Counted from the stretch's first letter, positions 40,863-51,806 are shown. The stretch: DNA of 64,000 bases from Nitrospiraceae bacterium (GCA_050246315.1 JBFWWG010000011.1:1-64000); one strand, 5' to 3'. Notes: generated by a model from the letters alone, not told the origin. Made by a program: numbers and translations.

Positions 40863-42092
40863 ATGGCGTTGGTCGTCCATAAATACGGCGGTACGTCGGT
40901 CGGCACGGTGGACCGGATCCATCGAGTGGCGGAACGGGTGGCCAAGGCCAAAGCTGATGGCCACGACGTGGTGGTGGTGCTGTCCGCGATGAGCGGAGAA
41001 ACCGATCGATTGATCCGTCTCGCCATGGAAGTGACCGCGCATCCGGACGAGCGGGAACTGGACGTGTTGCTCTCGACCGGAGAGCGCGTCACAATCGCGC
41101 TGCTCGCGATGGAGTTGCAGGGACGAGGAATCAATGCCCGCTCCTACACGGGGCGACAGGTCGGGATCATGACGGACAGCTCCCACACCAAGGCGCGCAT
41201 CACGAGGGTGACGGCCGAGCGAATCAAAGAAGCCATCACGGAGGGGGTCATACCGATCGTCGCGGGGTTCCAGGGGATCAATGCGCGATCCGACGTGACG
41301 ACACTGGGCCGCGGCGGTTCGGACTTGACGGCTGTCGCATTGGCCGGCGCGCTGAAGGCGGACCGGTGCATAATATTCACGGACGTTGACGGGGTGTACA
41401 CCGCCGATCCCAATATTGTACCGGCGGCCAGGCGGCTGGATCGGGTGTCCTATGAGGAGATGCTGGAATTGGCGAGCCTCGGCGCGAAAGTGCTTCAGAG
41501 CCGGTCGGTCGAGTTTGCGGCGAAATTCAACGTGCCGGTGGAGGTGCAGTCGAGCTTCACAGAGGGAAAGGGGACGCTCGTGACGCGTGAAGACGAAGAT
41601 ATGGAACGTGTCATGGTCTCGGGTGTGAGCGGAGACCGCAATCAAGCCAAGCTCACAATCGTCGGGGTGCCGGACCGCCCTGGGATCGCGGCCAAGATTT
41701 TTGGGCCGGTGGCCGAATCCGGTATCGTGGTCGACATGATCATCCAGAACGTGAGTCAGGGTTCCCTGACGGACATTTCCTTCACCGTCCCGCGTGCGGA
41801 CCTGGTCAAAGCCGTTGATCTGGTTCAGCGAATTGCCAAGGAGATTGATGCCAAATCCGTTGCGGTAACGGAAGCGATCGCCAAGGTCTCGCTAGTGGGG
41901 GTGGGGATGCGCTCTCATTCCGGCGTGGCCGCCAAGATGTTCGAGGTGTTGTCTCGAGAACGGATCAACATCATGATGATCAGCACCTCGGAAATCAAAA
42001 TTTCCTGTGTGGTTGAGGAAAAATACATGGAGTTGGCGATGCGCGCCCTGCACTCGGCCTTCGGGCTGGATGTGGCGCGTGTCGGTGCCTGA
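40863..42092 (+). CDS. lysC: Aspartate kinase
   Basis: [17 protein letters not shown], two ACT domains. Confidence 0.96.
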   Translation: MALVVHKYGGTSVGTVDRIHRVAERVAKAKADGHDVVVVLSAMSGETDRLIRLAMEVTAHPDERELDVLLSTGERVTIALLAMELQGRGINARSYTGRQVGIMTDSSHTKARITRVTAERIKEAITEGVIPIVAGFQGINARSDVTTLGRGGSDLTAVALAGALKADRCIIFTDVDGVYTADPNIVPAARRLDRVSYEEMLELASLGAKVLQSRSVEFAAKFNVPVEVQSSFTEGKGTLVTREDEDMERVMVSGVSGDRNQAKLTIVGVPDRPGIAAKIFGPVAESGIVVDMIIQNVSQGSLTDISFTVPRADLVKAVDLVQRIAKEIDAKSVAVTEAIAKVSLVGVGMRSHSGVAAKMFEVLSRERINIMMISTSEIKISCVVEEKYMELAMRALHSAFGLDVARVGA

Positions 42093-42166
42093 AGGATCAT
42101 CCGAAGCGGCCTGGTACTCGGCATCCTTCGCACGGTACACTGAGTCGCCAGCATGGAGTCACGAAC

Positions 42167-43813
42167 ATGGCCCGTTCGACGCGACCACGAACCCATCATG
42201 TGCAGCCTCTGAAGCTGGCAGAGGAGACCGCGAGGCCTCGTTCGAGTGTTGAGATTTACGACACGACGCTTCGGGACGGCGCCCAGTCAGAGGATGTCAG
42301 TTTCTCCGCCGACGACAAGGTGCTGGTCGCGCGGAAGCTGGATGAGCTGGGCGTGGATTTCATTGAAGGAGGCTGGCCCGGCGCCAATCCCAAGGACATC
42401 GAGTTCTTTCGCCAGATCAAAACCGTCCCGTTGAGCCACGCCACCGTCGTCGCCTTCGGGTCCACCAGGAAGGCCAGCAATTCCGTAAGGAAGGATCCGA
42501 ACATTCAGGCTTTGTTGGCGGCAGAGACCAGCACGATCACGATATTCGGAAAAAGCTGGCCATTGCATGTGACTGACGCGCTTGGAATTTCCCTGTCGAA
42601 GAATTTGGAGCTGATCGGCGACTCGATCGAGCACTTGCGTTCGAAGGGGCGGCAGGTCTTCTACGATGCGGAGCATTTCTTCGACGGGTACAAGATGGAT
42701 CCCGACTATGCCCTCGCCACTCTGCAGCGGGCGGTTGAGGCGGGAGCACAACGGATCATTCTCTGCGACACCAACGGCGGCACGATGCCCTGGGAGGTTC
42801 GGGACATGTGTCGCAGTGTCCGGCAAGCCCTCGATGTGCCCTTGGGTATCCATGCGCACAACGACTGCGAGATGGCGGTGGCGAATTCCATCATGGCCTT
42901 GGAGACCGGTGTGCGGCAGGTCCAGGGAACGATCAACGGCATCGGCGAGCGCTGCGGCAACGCCAACCTCTGTTCGATCCTGCCGAATCTGCAATTGAAG
43001 ATGCGCCAGCCGGTGCTGGGGGAGCGCATGGCCCGACTGCGGGAGGTCTCGCATTTTGTCGCCGAAATCGCGAATCTGGTGCCGGACAAGCATCAACCCT
43101 ATGTCGGAGATGCGGCCTTTGCCCACAAGGGCGGCGTGCATATCCATGCGGTGCAGAAGAATTCCGCCACCTACGAGCATGTGCGGCCGGATCGCGTGGG
43201 CAATCGACAACGGTTTCTGGTATCGGATTATGGAGGGCGGAGTGGGTTGCTCGCCAAAGCAGAAGCGTTTGGGATTGCATTGGATCGTGATCATGCGAAG
43301 GTGCATGAACTCGTCAGCATCCTCAAGGAGCGCGAGAATGCCGGGTATCAGTATGAGGGGGCGGAAGGATCGTTTGAATTGCTGGTTCGGACCGCGCTGG
43401 GGACACACCAGCCTTCCTTTCGATTGTTGGGATTCCGGGTCATTGTCGAGCAGAGCGAGGCTGATCAGGAGCCTCGGTCCGAGGCCACGGTCATGGTCCA
43501 AGTGGGACAGGAGATCGAACATACTGCGGCAATCGGCAAAGGGCCGGTCAATGCGCTGGATCATGCCTTGAGGAAAGCCCTTGAGAAGTTCTACCCGGAA
43601 CTGAAAGAAGTACGTCTGTTGGACTACAAGGTTCGAGTCCTGACGGCAAGCCAGGGGACCGATGCCAAGGTGCGGGTGCTCATCGAGTCCGGAGATCACA
43701 AGGAAAAATGGGGCACTGTCGGGGTGTCAGAGAACATCATGGAGGCCAGTTGGCAGGCGCTCGCCGACGGGATTGAGTACAAACTGCTGCGGCGGGATCG
43801 AGTGTCCACCTGA
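42167..43813 (+). CDS. cimA: Citramalate synthase
   Basis: DTTLRDG, EGGWPGANPKD, YDAEHFFDG, AHKGGVH. Confidence 0.9.
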   Translation: MARSTRPRTHHVQPLKLAEETARPRSSVEIYDTTLRDGAQSEDVSFSADDKVLVARKLDELGVDFIEGGWPGANPKDIEFFRQIKTVPLSHATVVAFGSTRKASNSVRKDPNIQALLAAETSTITIFGKSWPLHVTDALGISLSKNLELIGDSIEHLRSKGRQVFYDAEHFFDGYKMDPDYALATLQRAVEAGAQRIILCDTNGGTMPWEVRDMCRSVRQALDVPLGIHAHNDCEMAVANSIMALETGVRQVQGTINGIGERCGNANLCSILPNLQLKMRQPVLGERMARLREVSHFVAEIANLVPDKHQPYVGDAAFAHKGGVHIHAVQKNSATYEHVRPDRVGNRQRFLVSDYGGRSGLLAKAEAFGIALDRDHAKVHELVSILKERENAGYQYEGAEGSFELLVRTALGTHQPSFRLLGFRVIVEQSEADQEPRSEATVMVQVGQEIEHTAAIGKGPVNALDHALRKALEKFYPELKEVRLLDYKVRVLTASQGTDAKVRVLIESGDHKEKWGTVGVSENIMEASWQALADGIEYKLLRRDRVST

Positions 43814-43843
43814 CTTTGGTTGAGCGAAGAGTCGAACTACAGC

Positions 43844-43872
43844 TTGACAGGCTCGATAACCTCGCGTAACTT
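43844..43872 (+). promoter_or_regulatory. sigma70-like promoter upstream of ihf
   Basis: TTGACA-17-TAACTT. Confidence 0.5.
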
Positions 43873-43963
43873 ATGCAAAATTCATCTCCGTCTTCTTGAG
43901 CTGCATTCCGCCCTGCGGATCACGTTCGTGTGAGACTATCCAGAACCGGCTGCCGGAGGTCGC

Positions 43964-44239
43964 ATGAGAAAGTCCGACATCGCGAATGAGATCTTCAAAC
44001 AGGTCGGCATCCCGAAGAATGATGCCGCCGACATTGTTGAGCTCATCCTGAATTTGCTGAAGTCGGTGCTTCAGAAAGGTGAATCTGTCAAGATCGCTGG
44101 TTTTGGAAACTTCATCGTACGAAGCAAGGGACCGCGGAAAGGACGGAATCCGCGTACTGGCGAAGAGATCGGCATTACGCCCCGTCGAGTCGTCACCTTC
44201 CGGCCTAGCCAAGTGTTCAAGAAATACGTGAACTCCTAG
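43964..44239 (+). CDS. ihfA: Integration host factor subunit alpha
   Basis: GFGNF..R.K..RKGRNPRTGE; context ihfA-merR-tRNA-Pro. Confidence 0.85.
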   Translation: MRKSDIANEIFKQVGIPKNDAADIVELILNLLKSVLQKGESVKIAGFGNFIVRSKGPRKGRNPRTGEEIGITPRRVVTFRPSQVFKKYVNS

Positions 44240-44661
44240 TGGAATTGAGTACGGCACTTCCATCGACACGCAGGACGTTGACGTCGGGCGGCCCAAGACT
44301 GGGCACAAAGGTCTTCTATAAAATCGGCGAGGTCAGCGAGATCGCGAAATTACCCGCATATGTGTTACGGTTCTGGGAGTCGGAGTTCACTTTTCTCAAG
44401 CCGAAGAAAAGCCGCGGGAATCAACGGTTGTATGAGCAACGAGATATTGAAACCATCCTCGAGATCAAGCGGATGTTGTACGAGGAAGGCCATACGATCG
44501 CCGGCGTCAATCGGTATTGGTCTCGGAGAGGACGACAAACCCCGGGCAAGCGGACGCCACGGGAAATCGCCACTCGATTAAAAGGCGATCTGCACGCCAT
44601 CCTGCGATTGTTGGAGGCTCATTCCAAATCGGACGGAGGTCAGTCGGGAGCTTCCCGATGA
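44239..44661 (+). CDS. MerR-family HTH regulator
   Basis: YKIGEVS...[13 protein letters not shown]...GNQRLY. Confidence 0.88.
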   Translation: MELSTALPSTRRTLTSGGPRLGTKVFYKIGEVSEIAKLPAYVLRFWESEFTFLKPKKSRGNQRLYEQRDIETILEIKRMLYEEGHTIAGVNRYWSRRGRQTPGKRTPREIATRLKGDLHAILRLLEAHSKSDGGQSGASR

Positions 44662-44702
44662 AGTTGTGAGGGTGGAGCGGTACGATCATTGGTACATAGG
44701 GT

Positions 44703-44779
44703 CGGGGCGTAGCGCAGCCCGGTAGCGCACTCGCTTGGGGTGCGAGGGGTCGTGGGTTCAAATCCCGCCGCCCCGACCA
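44703..44779 (+). tRNA. tRNA-Pro (GGG)
   Basis: Cloverleaf CGGGGCG...CGCCCCGACCA; anticodon arm CTCGC-TTGGGGT-GCGAG; GGTTCAAATCC T-arm. Confidence 0.97.
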
Positions 44780-44818
44780 TTTTCTTGATCGGGAAGAGCA
44801 GAGGCAGGGCTGTCGAGG

Positions 44819-44842
44819 AAGCTGCCGCAGGCAGCTTTTTTT
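44819..44842 (+). terminator. Intrinsic terminator after the tRNA
   Basis: AAGCTGCC-GCA-GGCAGCTT-TTTTT. Confidence 0.75.
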
Positions 44843-44866
44843 GTGCCTACGTCGGATGGACGGCGT

Positions 44867-45676
44867 ATGATAACGGTCTTGGTCACGAACGATGATGGGA
44901 TCGGATCAGCGGGGATCCACACGCTGGCTCGCAGACTCGCGCGTCTCGGCACTGTTTGGGTCATCGCCCCAGATCGAGAGCGCACTGCCGTGGGGCATGC
45001 GTTGACTCTGCACAAACCGCTTCGGTTGACGCCGGTCAAGCCCCGCTGGTTTGCGGTGAATGGAACGCCCACCGATTGTGTGAATCTCGCCGTAAAGCAC
45101 CTCCTGCCTCGTGCACCCGCGCTGGTCGTCTCGGGCGTGAATCGCGGCGTGAACCTGGGAGACGATGTCACCTATTCCGGAACGGTCTCGGCAGCATTGG
45201 AAGGGGCGATTCTGGGCATTCCGTCGATCGCGGTGTCTCAGGACGGACGCGATCGGTTTTTCTTTGATGCGGCGGCCGACTATGCGCTCGTCGTGGCTAG
45301 GGCGGTGTTGCGGTACGGCCTACCGCCGGGTACGTTACTGAACGTCAACGTTCCGAATCTTCCGCGGACGAGGATCAAGGGCATCTGCGTGACCAGGCTG
45401 AGCCGCCGGCGGTTCGAGAATCCGATTATTGAGAAAACGGACCCGCGCGGGAAGAAGTATTATTGGATTGCGGGAACACGGATCACCTGGAGCCGACAGC
45501 AGGATTCGGATTATACGGCGCTCCGCCGCAGGCTGGTCTCCGTGACGCCGCTGCACCTGGATATGACGCACGAGGCGGCGCTCGAAGAGTTGCGGCGGTG
45601 GAGCCCCTTTTGCCGCTTGGGATCCTCGCTTGGATCGATGGCGGTCCGCGGCCGGACGCGCGTGAGGAGACGATGA
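44867..45676 (+). CDS. surE: 5'/3'-nucleotidase SurE
   Basis: [29 protein letters not shown]. Confidence 0.95.
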   Translation: MITVLVTNDDGIGSAGIHTLARRLARLGTVWVIAPDRERTAVGHALTLHKPLRLTPVKPRWFAVNGTPTDCVNLAVKHLLPRAPALVVSGVNRGVNLGDDVTYSGTVSAALEGAILGIPSIAVSQDGRDRFFFDAAADYALVVARAVLRYGLPPGTLLNVNVPNLPRTRIKGICVTRLSRRRFENPIIEKTDPRGKKYYWIAGTRITWSRQQDSDYTALRRRLVSVTPLHLDMTHEAALEELRRWSPFCRLGSSLGSMAVRGRTRVRRR

Positions 45677-46329
45677 TCGGACAACTGATTGAAGCGGTGA
45701 TTGCGGAGTTGAGTCGCTTCATTATTGCGACAATCTCCGCGTTGGGATATGCCGGCATCGTCGTGACGATGGCGATCGAAAGTGCCTGCATCCCCCTGCC
45801 CAGCGAGATTATCATGCCGTTCGCCGGGTATCTGGTGCTGGACGGCCGGTTTTCGCTCTGGGGTGTGACACTGGCCGGGACGATCGGGAACGTGATCGGC
45901 TCGGCGCTGGCCTACTATGTCGGCTTGCTCGGTGGGCGCCCCATTGTGGAACGGTATGGTCGATATGCCTTGATTCGAGCGCAAGACCTCGATCAGGCGG
46001 ACCGGTGGTTTGCCAAGTACGGGGAGGCGGCGGTGCTGATCAGCCGGATGCTGCCGGTGATCAGGACGTTTATCTCTCTGCCCGCGGGGATCGCACGAAT
46101 GCCATTTTGGCGTTTCGCGGTGTTCACGTTCATCGGGGCGCTGCCCTGGTGTCTCCTGTTGGCGTACATCGGAATTGCGATGGGCGAGCACTGGGCGGAC
46201 CTGCGCGCGCATTTTCATTACCTCGACGTTGTCATCGGCGTCTGTTTGGCGATTGCCGCCGGATATTTTCTCTGGTCCCACTGGCCCACCCGTGGGCAAA
46301 ATGCGGGCGCAAACCCGCCGTCATGCTGA
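45673..46329 (+). CDS. DedA family membrane protein
   Basis: ESACIPLPSE, RMLPVIRTFISLPAG. Confidence 0.9.
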   Translation: MIGQLIEAVIAELSRFIIATISALGYAGIVVTMAIESACIPLPSEIIMPFAGYLVLDGRFSLWGVTLAGTIGNVIGSALAYYVGLLGGRPIVERYGRYALIRAQDLDQADRWFAKYGEAAVLISRMLPVIRTFISLPAGIARMPFWRFAVFTFIGALPWCLLLAYIGIAMGEHWADLRAHFHYLDVVIGVCLAIAAGYFLWSHWPTRGQNAGANPPSC

Positions 46330-47792
46330 AGCTCTACAATACGCTAAGAGGTCGGAAAGAAGTCTTTGAACCCCTTGTTTCGGGGATCGTGCGGCTATAC
46401 GTCTGCGGCGTGACGGTCTACGACTACTGCCATGTGGGCCACGCGCGCAGCGCCCTGGTGTTCGATGTGTTGAGGCGATACTTGGAGTACACGGGCCTGT
46501 CGGTCGAGTTCGTCAAAAACTTTACCGACGTGGACGACAAGATCATCAAACGGGCGAATGAACAGGGAGTGAGTTGCGACGCCGTGACGGCCAAGTATAT
46601 TGCGGCCTATTATGAGGATATGAGACGCCTCGGAATTCGACGGGCGTGGAGAGAGCCGAAAGCGACAGAGCACATGGCCGATATCATTGCCTTGGTCGAG
46701 ACGCTGGTGGCGAAAGGCCTCGCCTACCGGGTGAATGGAGATGTGTATTTCTCGGTGGAACGCTATCCGGACTATGGCCGACTGTCCAAACGAAAGCTCG
46801 CCGATCTACAGGCCGGCGCCCGTGTCGAGGTTGACGAGCGAAAACGCCATCCGATGGACTTTGCCTTGTGGAAAAGCAGCAAGCCCAGGGAGCCGTGGTG
46901 GGAGAGTCCGTGGGGGCCCGGGCGCCCCGGATGGCACATCGAGTGTTCCGCCATGTCGATGAAACATTTGGGAGCTACGTTCGATATTCACGGAGGAGGG
47001 ATGGATCTCATCTTTCCGCACCATGAAAACGAAATGGCCCAATCGAGCGGATCGACAGGGCAGGAATTCGCTCGCTACTGGGTCCATAATGGGTTTGTGC
47101 AGATCAACCAGGAAAAGATGTCCAAGTCGCTGGGCAACTTCTTCACGATCCGAGAGATTTTTGAGAAGTTCGAATGGCCAGAAGAGATGACGGGGGAGAT
47201 ATTGCGCTATTTCCTACTGGCGACCCATTATCGCAGCCCTCTGGATTTTTCCGACCAGGGGTTGGCCGAAGCCAAACATGCCTTAGATGGATTTTATGAT
47301 TTGTTTCATCGGTTGGACGAGGTGGATGGGAGAAAGGGACCAGGCGACACGTCGCTGCGTACCGTATTGGAGCAGACCCGCGTTGGTTTCTCCCGTGCGA
47401 TGGACGATGACCTCAACACGCCCATGGCGCTGGCCGAGATGCAGAAACTCCGCAACGATGTGAACAAGCTGGTGGCTGAGGGCCTCTCGGTTGAGGACCG
47501 GCAGGCGGCGCGGCTGGAATTTAGGCGGCTCGGCGATGTCCTAGGTTTGTTTCAACTGGACCGGTGGCAGTTCAAGCCTCAACTCAAGGTCAATGTCGGC
47601 GAGAGCTTGACCGAGACCGACGTTTCGTCTGCTTTACTCGCCGACCGCGAGGTCCAGCAGCGGATCGATGATCGAAATGAGGCCAGGCGCCGCAGGGATT
47701 TCAAGAAGGCCGATGAGATCAGACGACAGCTCGCCGCACAGGGCATTACGATCGAGGACCGGCCCGATGGCACAAGCCGCTGGAAGCGCTGA
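46323..47792 (+). CDS. cysS: Cysteine--tRNA ligase
   Basis: CGVTVYD..HVGH, GWHIEC, KMSKS. Confidence 0.97.
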   Translation: MLKLYNTLRGRKEVFEPLVSGIVRLYVCGVTVYDYCHVGHARSALVFDVLRRYLEYTGLSVEFVKNFTDVDDKIIKRANEQGVSCDAVTAKYIAAYYEDMRRLGIRRAWREPKATEHMADIIALVETLVAKGLAYRVNGDVYFSVERYPDYGRLSKRKLADLQAGARVEVDERKRHPMDFALWKSSKPREPWWESPWGPGRPGWHIECSAMSMKHLGATFDIHGGGMDLIFPHHENEMAQSSGSTGQEFARYWVHNGFVQINQEKMSKSLGNFFTIREIFEKFEWPEEMTGEILRYFLLATHYRSPLDFSDQGLAEAKHALDGFYDLFHRLDEVDGRKGPGDTSLRTVLEQTRVGFSRAMDDDLNTPMALAEMQKLRNDVNKLVAEGLSVEDRQAARLEFRRLGDVLGLFQLDRWQFKPQLKVNVGESLTETDVSSALLADREVQQRIDDRNEARRRRDFKKADEIRRQLAAQGITIEDRPDGTSRWKR

Positions 47793-48543
47793 CCGGCCCG
47801 ATGTCATTTTTGGCCTCCATGCTGTGAAGGAGGCGCTTCGCGCCGGCCGCCCGCTTATTCGTCTTCAAGTCATCAGTTTGCACGGCCAGTTCCAGGAACT
47901 GGTTCATATCGCGCGTATACGACACATTCCGGTTCATGTCGAACCGAAGGCGGCGTTGGATCGATTGGCGGTCGGCGGCCGCCACCAAGGGGTCGTGGCC
48001 TCTGTTGCCGCCAGGGCTTATGCGGAACCTGGTGATCTCCTCGCCGTCGCCGAGGTACGGCGGGAACCGGCATTCATCGTGGTGCTCGACGGCATTCAGG
48101 ACCCGCAGAATTTCGGCGCCATCCTGCGAAGCGCCGAGGCGGCGGGAGTGCACGGGGTCGTCATTCCGGATCGGCGGGCGGTCGGGGTTACGGGAGCTGT
48201 GGAGAAGGCGTCAGCAGGTGCGGTTGAGCACCTCAAGGTCGCACACGCGACGAACATCAGCCGCCTGCTCACGGGCTTCAAGGAAGTGGGGCTCTGGGTC
48301 TACGGATTGGATCGCTCCGGCGACAGGAACTATACCGAGCCGGACTATCGTGGGCCGGTAGCGCTGGTGATCGGTGGAGAAGGAATCGGTATCCGCAAGC
48401 ACGTGCTCGAGCACTGCGACGAACGGGTGCGAATTCCGATGCTGGGTCGGGTCAACTCGTTGAACGCCTCCGCAGCCGCGGCGTTGGCCTGCTTCGAGGT
48501 CGTACGGCAACGAATGGCGGGCCACCTCTCCGATGGAGCCTAA
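47767..48543 (+). CDS. rlmB: 23S rRNA Gm2251 methyltransferase
   Basis: HQGV, QDPQNFGAILR, IGGEG.G, IPM...VNSLNAS; follows cysS. Confidence 0.92.
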   Translation: MAQAAGSADRPDVIFGLHAVKEALRAGRPLIRLQVISLHGQFQELVHIARIRHIPVHVEPKAALDRLAVGGRHQGVVASVAARAYAEPGDLLAVAEVRREPAFIVVLDGIQDPQNFGAILRSAEAAGVHGVVIPDRRAVGVTGAVEKASAGAVEHLKVAHATNISRLLTGFKEVGLWVYGLDRSGDRNYTEPDYRGPVALVIGGEGIGIRKHVLEHCDERVRIPMLGRVNSLNASAAAALACFEVVRQRMAGHLSDGA

Positions 48544-48821
48544 CGCACTTTGATCATCCCGTCTTGGATCGCGGCCTTGATAAGTTGGGCCGTGTTGGAG
48601 ACACGAATCTTCTTCATCATGTTCGCCCGGTGGGCTTCAACCGTCTTGACGCTGATGCGCAGCCGCTGCGCGATCTCTTTGTTCTTAAAGCCGGACCAAA
48701 TGAGTTGAAGGATTTCCATTTCCCGGCTGGTCAACGCTTCCGGCCTCTTTTTCCGCGGGGGTAAACTCACGGCGCTGGTGATGCGTTTGGGTTTGGATCT
48801 GCCGCTCGCAGATTGGGCCAT
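48540..48821 (-). CDS. Stand-alone LuxR-type HTH regulator
   Basis: LTSREMEIL...G.KNKEIA..L.ISVKTVEAHR; no receiver domain. Confidence 0.9.
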   Translation of the reverse strand: MAQSASGRSKPKRITSAVSLPPRKKRPEALTSREMEILQLIWSGFKNKEIAQRLRISVKTVEAHRANMMKKIRVSNTAQLIKAAIQDGMIKVR

Positions 48822-48987
48822 AATCAGGTCTCCTTAAGAATGGTCCTGTGGGTGTTAGGTCTGTAGGGCAAACGATGACAGAATGGAAGTATTTCAGATT
48901 CTGGCGATGAATTTCAATCCCTTGGATACAATAATTGATGGATGAACGGAAAGTGGCGATTCGATGGATCCATAGTGGGATAGAACG

Positions 48988-49764
48988 ATGGCCCCGCTAC
49001 TAATAGTAGTCTTTGTCCTCGGACTGTTGGTCGGCAGTTTTCTCAATGTGTGTATTTACCGATTGCCCCGTCATGAATCGATTATCTGGCCCGCTTCGCA
49101 CTGTCCGGCCTGCTCACAGCCAATCGCGGCCTATGACAACATCCCGATTCTGGGATTCCTCTGGCTGGGTGGACGATGCCGCCGATGCCGGCATCGGATC
49201 TCTTGGCAGTATCCGATGGTGGAATTGGCCAACGGCCTCGGGTACCTGATCATCGTTTGGCAATTCGGTTGGACGCCGGTCGCAGCCGTCTATGCGGCCC
49301 TTTTCTCCTCGCTGATCGTCGTGACCGGCACCGATCTCTCACACACCATCATCCCTGACGCGGTTACTTTGCCCGGGATCCTGATCGGACTGGTCAGCGC
49401 CGCCAGCGTGTTACCCGTCGGCTTGATCAATAGTCTGCTCGGAGTCTTGGTAGGCGGGGGAGTGTTGTGGATGCTTGCCTGGGTTAGTCCCTATCTGTTC
49501 GGCAAGGAAGGGATGGGGGGAGGGGATATCAAGCTGCTGGCCATGGTCGGCGCTTTTTTGGGCTGGCGTCCGGTGTTGCTGACAATGATGATTGGGGCAT
49601 TGGCTGGGTCTGTTGTCGGGCTCAGCCTCATTGGCCTCAAGGTCCTCGCACGAGATCAATATATTCCGTTCGGACCATTTCTGGCTCTCGGAGCTCTTGT
49701 CTCGCTCTTCTTCCATGAACAGCTCTTCGACTGGTATTGGGGGTTGCTCGGTCCCTTACCATGA
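48988..49764 (+). CDS. pilD: Prepilin peptidase/N-methyltransferase
   Basis: GSFLNVCIYRLP, two CxxC, GMGGGDIKL, IPFGPFL. Confidence 0.95.
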   Translation: MAPLLIVVFVLGLLVGSFLNVCIYRLPRHESIIWPASHCPACSQPIAAYDNIPILGFLWLGGRCRRCRHRISWQYPMVELANGLGYLIIVWQFGWTPVAAVYAALFSSLIVVTGTDLSHTIIPDAVTLPGILIGLVSAASVLPVGLINSLLGVLVGGGVLWMLAWVSPYLFGKEGMGGGDIKLLAMVGAFLGWRPVLLTMMIGALAGSVVGLSLIGLKVLARDQYIPFGPFLALGALVSLFFHEQLFDWYWGLLGPLP

Positions 49765-50053
49765 TCCCCCTCCTTTCGAGTAGCTGTATCTGTTTGTCTC
49801 AGCACTGTATCCATTCTGCTCTCCCTTTCGTCATCGCGCCTTGCGATAGGCGCCCTGATCCTCCGTTGATATGTGCGGACCGGCCTTCGGCTTGACGGCA
49901 TTTCAGCGCATTTCACCACACTTAGGTAGCCAATCCGTCGAGACGTCAATCGGGAACCTCGATGCCGCTGCTTAGGCACGGCTCTTGGAATACCTGCGAG
50001 CCGGCTTCCAGAGCCGATTTGACGGGTTCGAGATTCAAGAGGGAGGAGAGGCG

Positions 50054-50488
50054 ATGAATCAGAATGGATACAGCCTGCTGGAACTGATCATGGTGATGAC
50101 CGTGACGGCTGTATCCGTTGCGTTGGCTGTTCCCGATGTGGCCGCCATGGTGGCGCGATATCGGGAACAGGCGGTGGTCACCGAGCTGGCAGGAGAACTT
50201 CGGACGGCGCGACTCATGGCTATGACCCAAGCCAGCCGCATCCGTGCCGTGATTAGTGGCGACGGAGGATCGATGAGCCTGGAGCGAGAGGGTGAACCGC
50301 TCGTTCCGATGAGGCGATTCGATCTACGAGATCGCGGAGTGTCGATTGATGGAGCCACCCAGGGCGTCGTGGTGTGGTTTCATCCAAGCGGGCGTACCGC
50401 CAGTGCCGTCACGCTCACGATTCGTGGAGATTCAGGAAGGGTGTGGCGGTTGACGGTGTCGATGAGGGGGAGGATCACGGTCCAATGA
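50054..50488 (+). CDS. FimT/GspH-like minor pilin (cassette 1)
   Basis: Prepilin motif G|YSLLE; ELRTAR..A; FHPSG. Confidence 0.8.
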   Translation: MNQNGYSLLELIMVMTVTAVSVALAVPDVAAMVARYREQAVVTELAGELRTARLMAMTQASRIRAVISGDGGSMSLEREGEPLVPMRRFDLRDRGVSIDGATQGVVVWFHPSGRTASAVTLTIRGDSGRVWRLTVSMRGRITVQ

Positions 50489-51009
50489 GATCGAAGGGAG
50501 CCTTTGCAGGAGATAGACAGAGGCGATGGTCTCGGTGCGCGGAGGAAGGCATCAGCTTGGTCGAAGTGATGGTCGCGATGATGATTCTGACGATGGCGAT
50601 GATGGGAAGCCTTAGCCTGTTCGAGTGGGCGGAGGGCGGAATGCGTCAGGGAGAAACAGCCATGCGGGCGTTGGCCTTGGCAGAGTCGAAACTGGAAAGA
50701 AAGCGGGTGGTTCCTTGGGAGCGATTGTTGGCAGAGGACCTGGATGCCGATGGGCAGTACGAAACGTCGATGCGGGATGACGGCCTGAACGGAGATGTAA
50801 CCGCCGGCGACGGAGTCTACACCGTGCGAGCCCTTCATGGCCCTGTCGAACTGATATGGACGGTGCAACCGGCGCAACCGAGGAATCCCTCAGCGAGCGC
50901 GTACGTCGTGATTCTAGTGACGGCACGGTATCGGATCATGCGAGATCGATGGCGCGAGATTGAAGTGGGGACCGTTCGATCCAATCCCCGCTATGTCGGT
51001 GCATCCTAA
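50485..51009 (+). CDS. PilV-like minor pilin (cassette 1)
   Basis: G|ISLVEVMVAM; acidic DDG..GD..AGDGVYT insert. Confidence 0.75.
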   Translation: MRSKGAFAGDRQRRWSRCAEEGISLVEVMVAMMILTMAMMGSLSLFEWAEGGMRQGETAMRALALAESKLERKRVVPWERLLAEDLDADGQYETSMRDDGLNGDVTAGDGVYTVRALHGPVELIWTVQPAQPRNPSASAYVVILVTARYRIMRDRWREIEVGTVRSNPRYVGAS

Positions 51010-51032
51010 AGTCCTTTTGAGCATGGAGCGTC

Positions 51033-51779
51033 ATGACACAGCCAATGAACCCCCTTCAGAACCACGACGGAGCATCCTTGATCGAGCTGCTAATCGCAGT
51101 GACGACGGGACTTGTCGTGATGTCGGCTGTCTTCGAAACTCTGAGTGTCTTGGATCGACGCTTTCGATCTCAACAAACCGCTATGGCTGCGACCCAGAAT
51201 ATCCGATCAGGGCTTGAGGTCTGGGAGAGCGAAGTGCGGATGGCCAAAGGAACCGGCCAATTGGGAGGACCGGCCCTTCAGGCCATGGACCCAGCCTCAT
51301 TCGAATTCACCGCCAATCTCAACGGACTGGCGTCTAGCCTGGGGTCCGCAGCCCTGCCAGGGCAAACCGAGCTGAGCGTGGAGGATGCCCGTGACTGGCC
51401 CTCTGGCAAACACGTCGTACTTTGCGCGCATACACGATGTACAGACAATCGGTTGGCTCGTGACGGGCAGCGCAATCGTATCGTCCTAGCCCAACCGCTG
51501 ACGGAAGCCTTCCCCGCTGGAACTGAGATCAGCGTTCTGAACCGTGTGCGATATTATGTCTCGCCAGACCAGGCCGGAAGCGTGCGGTTGATGCGCATGG
51601 TGGATGGCGGGGCCAATGCGCTGATCGGCAATCTGAAGGCCGTACGGTTCTACTACTTGTCGTGCAGCGGAGCGCCGACGATTGATTCAGCATCGGTTGT
51701 GCTCGTCCGTATTGAAGCTGAATCTGCCGTCAGTCAGCTCAAGGTGACCAAAGACATTGCGATCCGATCTCAACTATGA
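51033..51779 (+). CDS. PilW-like minor pilin (cassette 1)
   Basis: G|ASLIELLIA; QNIR.GL....EVRMA. Confidence 0.75.
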   Translation: MTQPMNPLQNHDGASLIELLIAVTTGLVVMSAVFETLSVLDRRFRSQQTAMAATQNIRSGLEVWESEVRMAKGTGQLGGPALQAMDPASFEFTANLNGLASSLGSAALPGQTELSVEDARDWPSGKHVVLCAHTRCTDNRLARDGQRNRIVLAQPLTEAFPAGTEISVLNRVRYYVSPDQAGSVRLMRMVDGGANALIGNLKAVRFYYLSCSGAPTIDSASVVLVRIEAESAVSQLKVTKDIAIRSQL

Positions 51780-51806
51780 CATCGCCTCGAAAGGAGCACC
51801 AGTAAC

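Noticed and set aside
44703..44779. tRNA-Pro as an island integration site
   Set aside because: Followed by a terminator and core surE; no integrase or duplicated 3' end seen.
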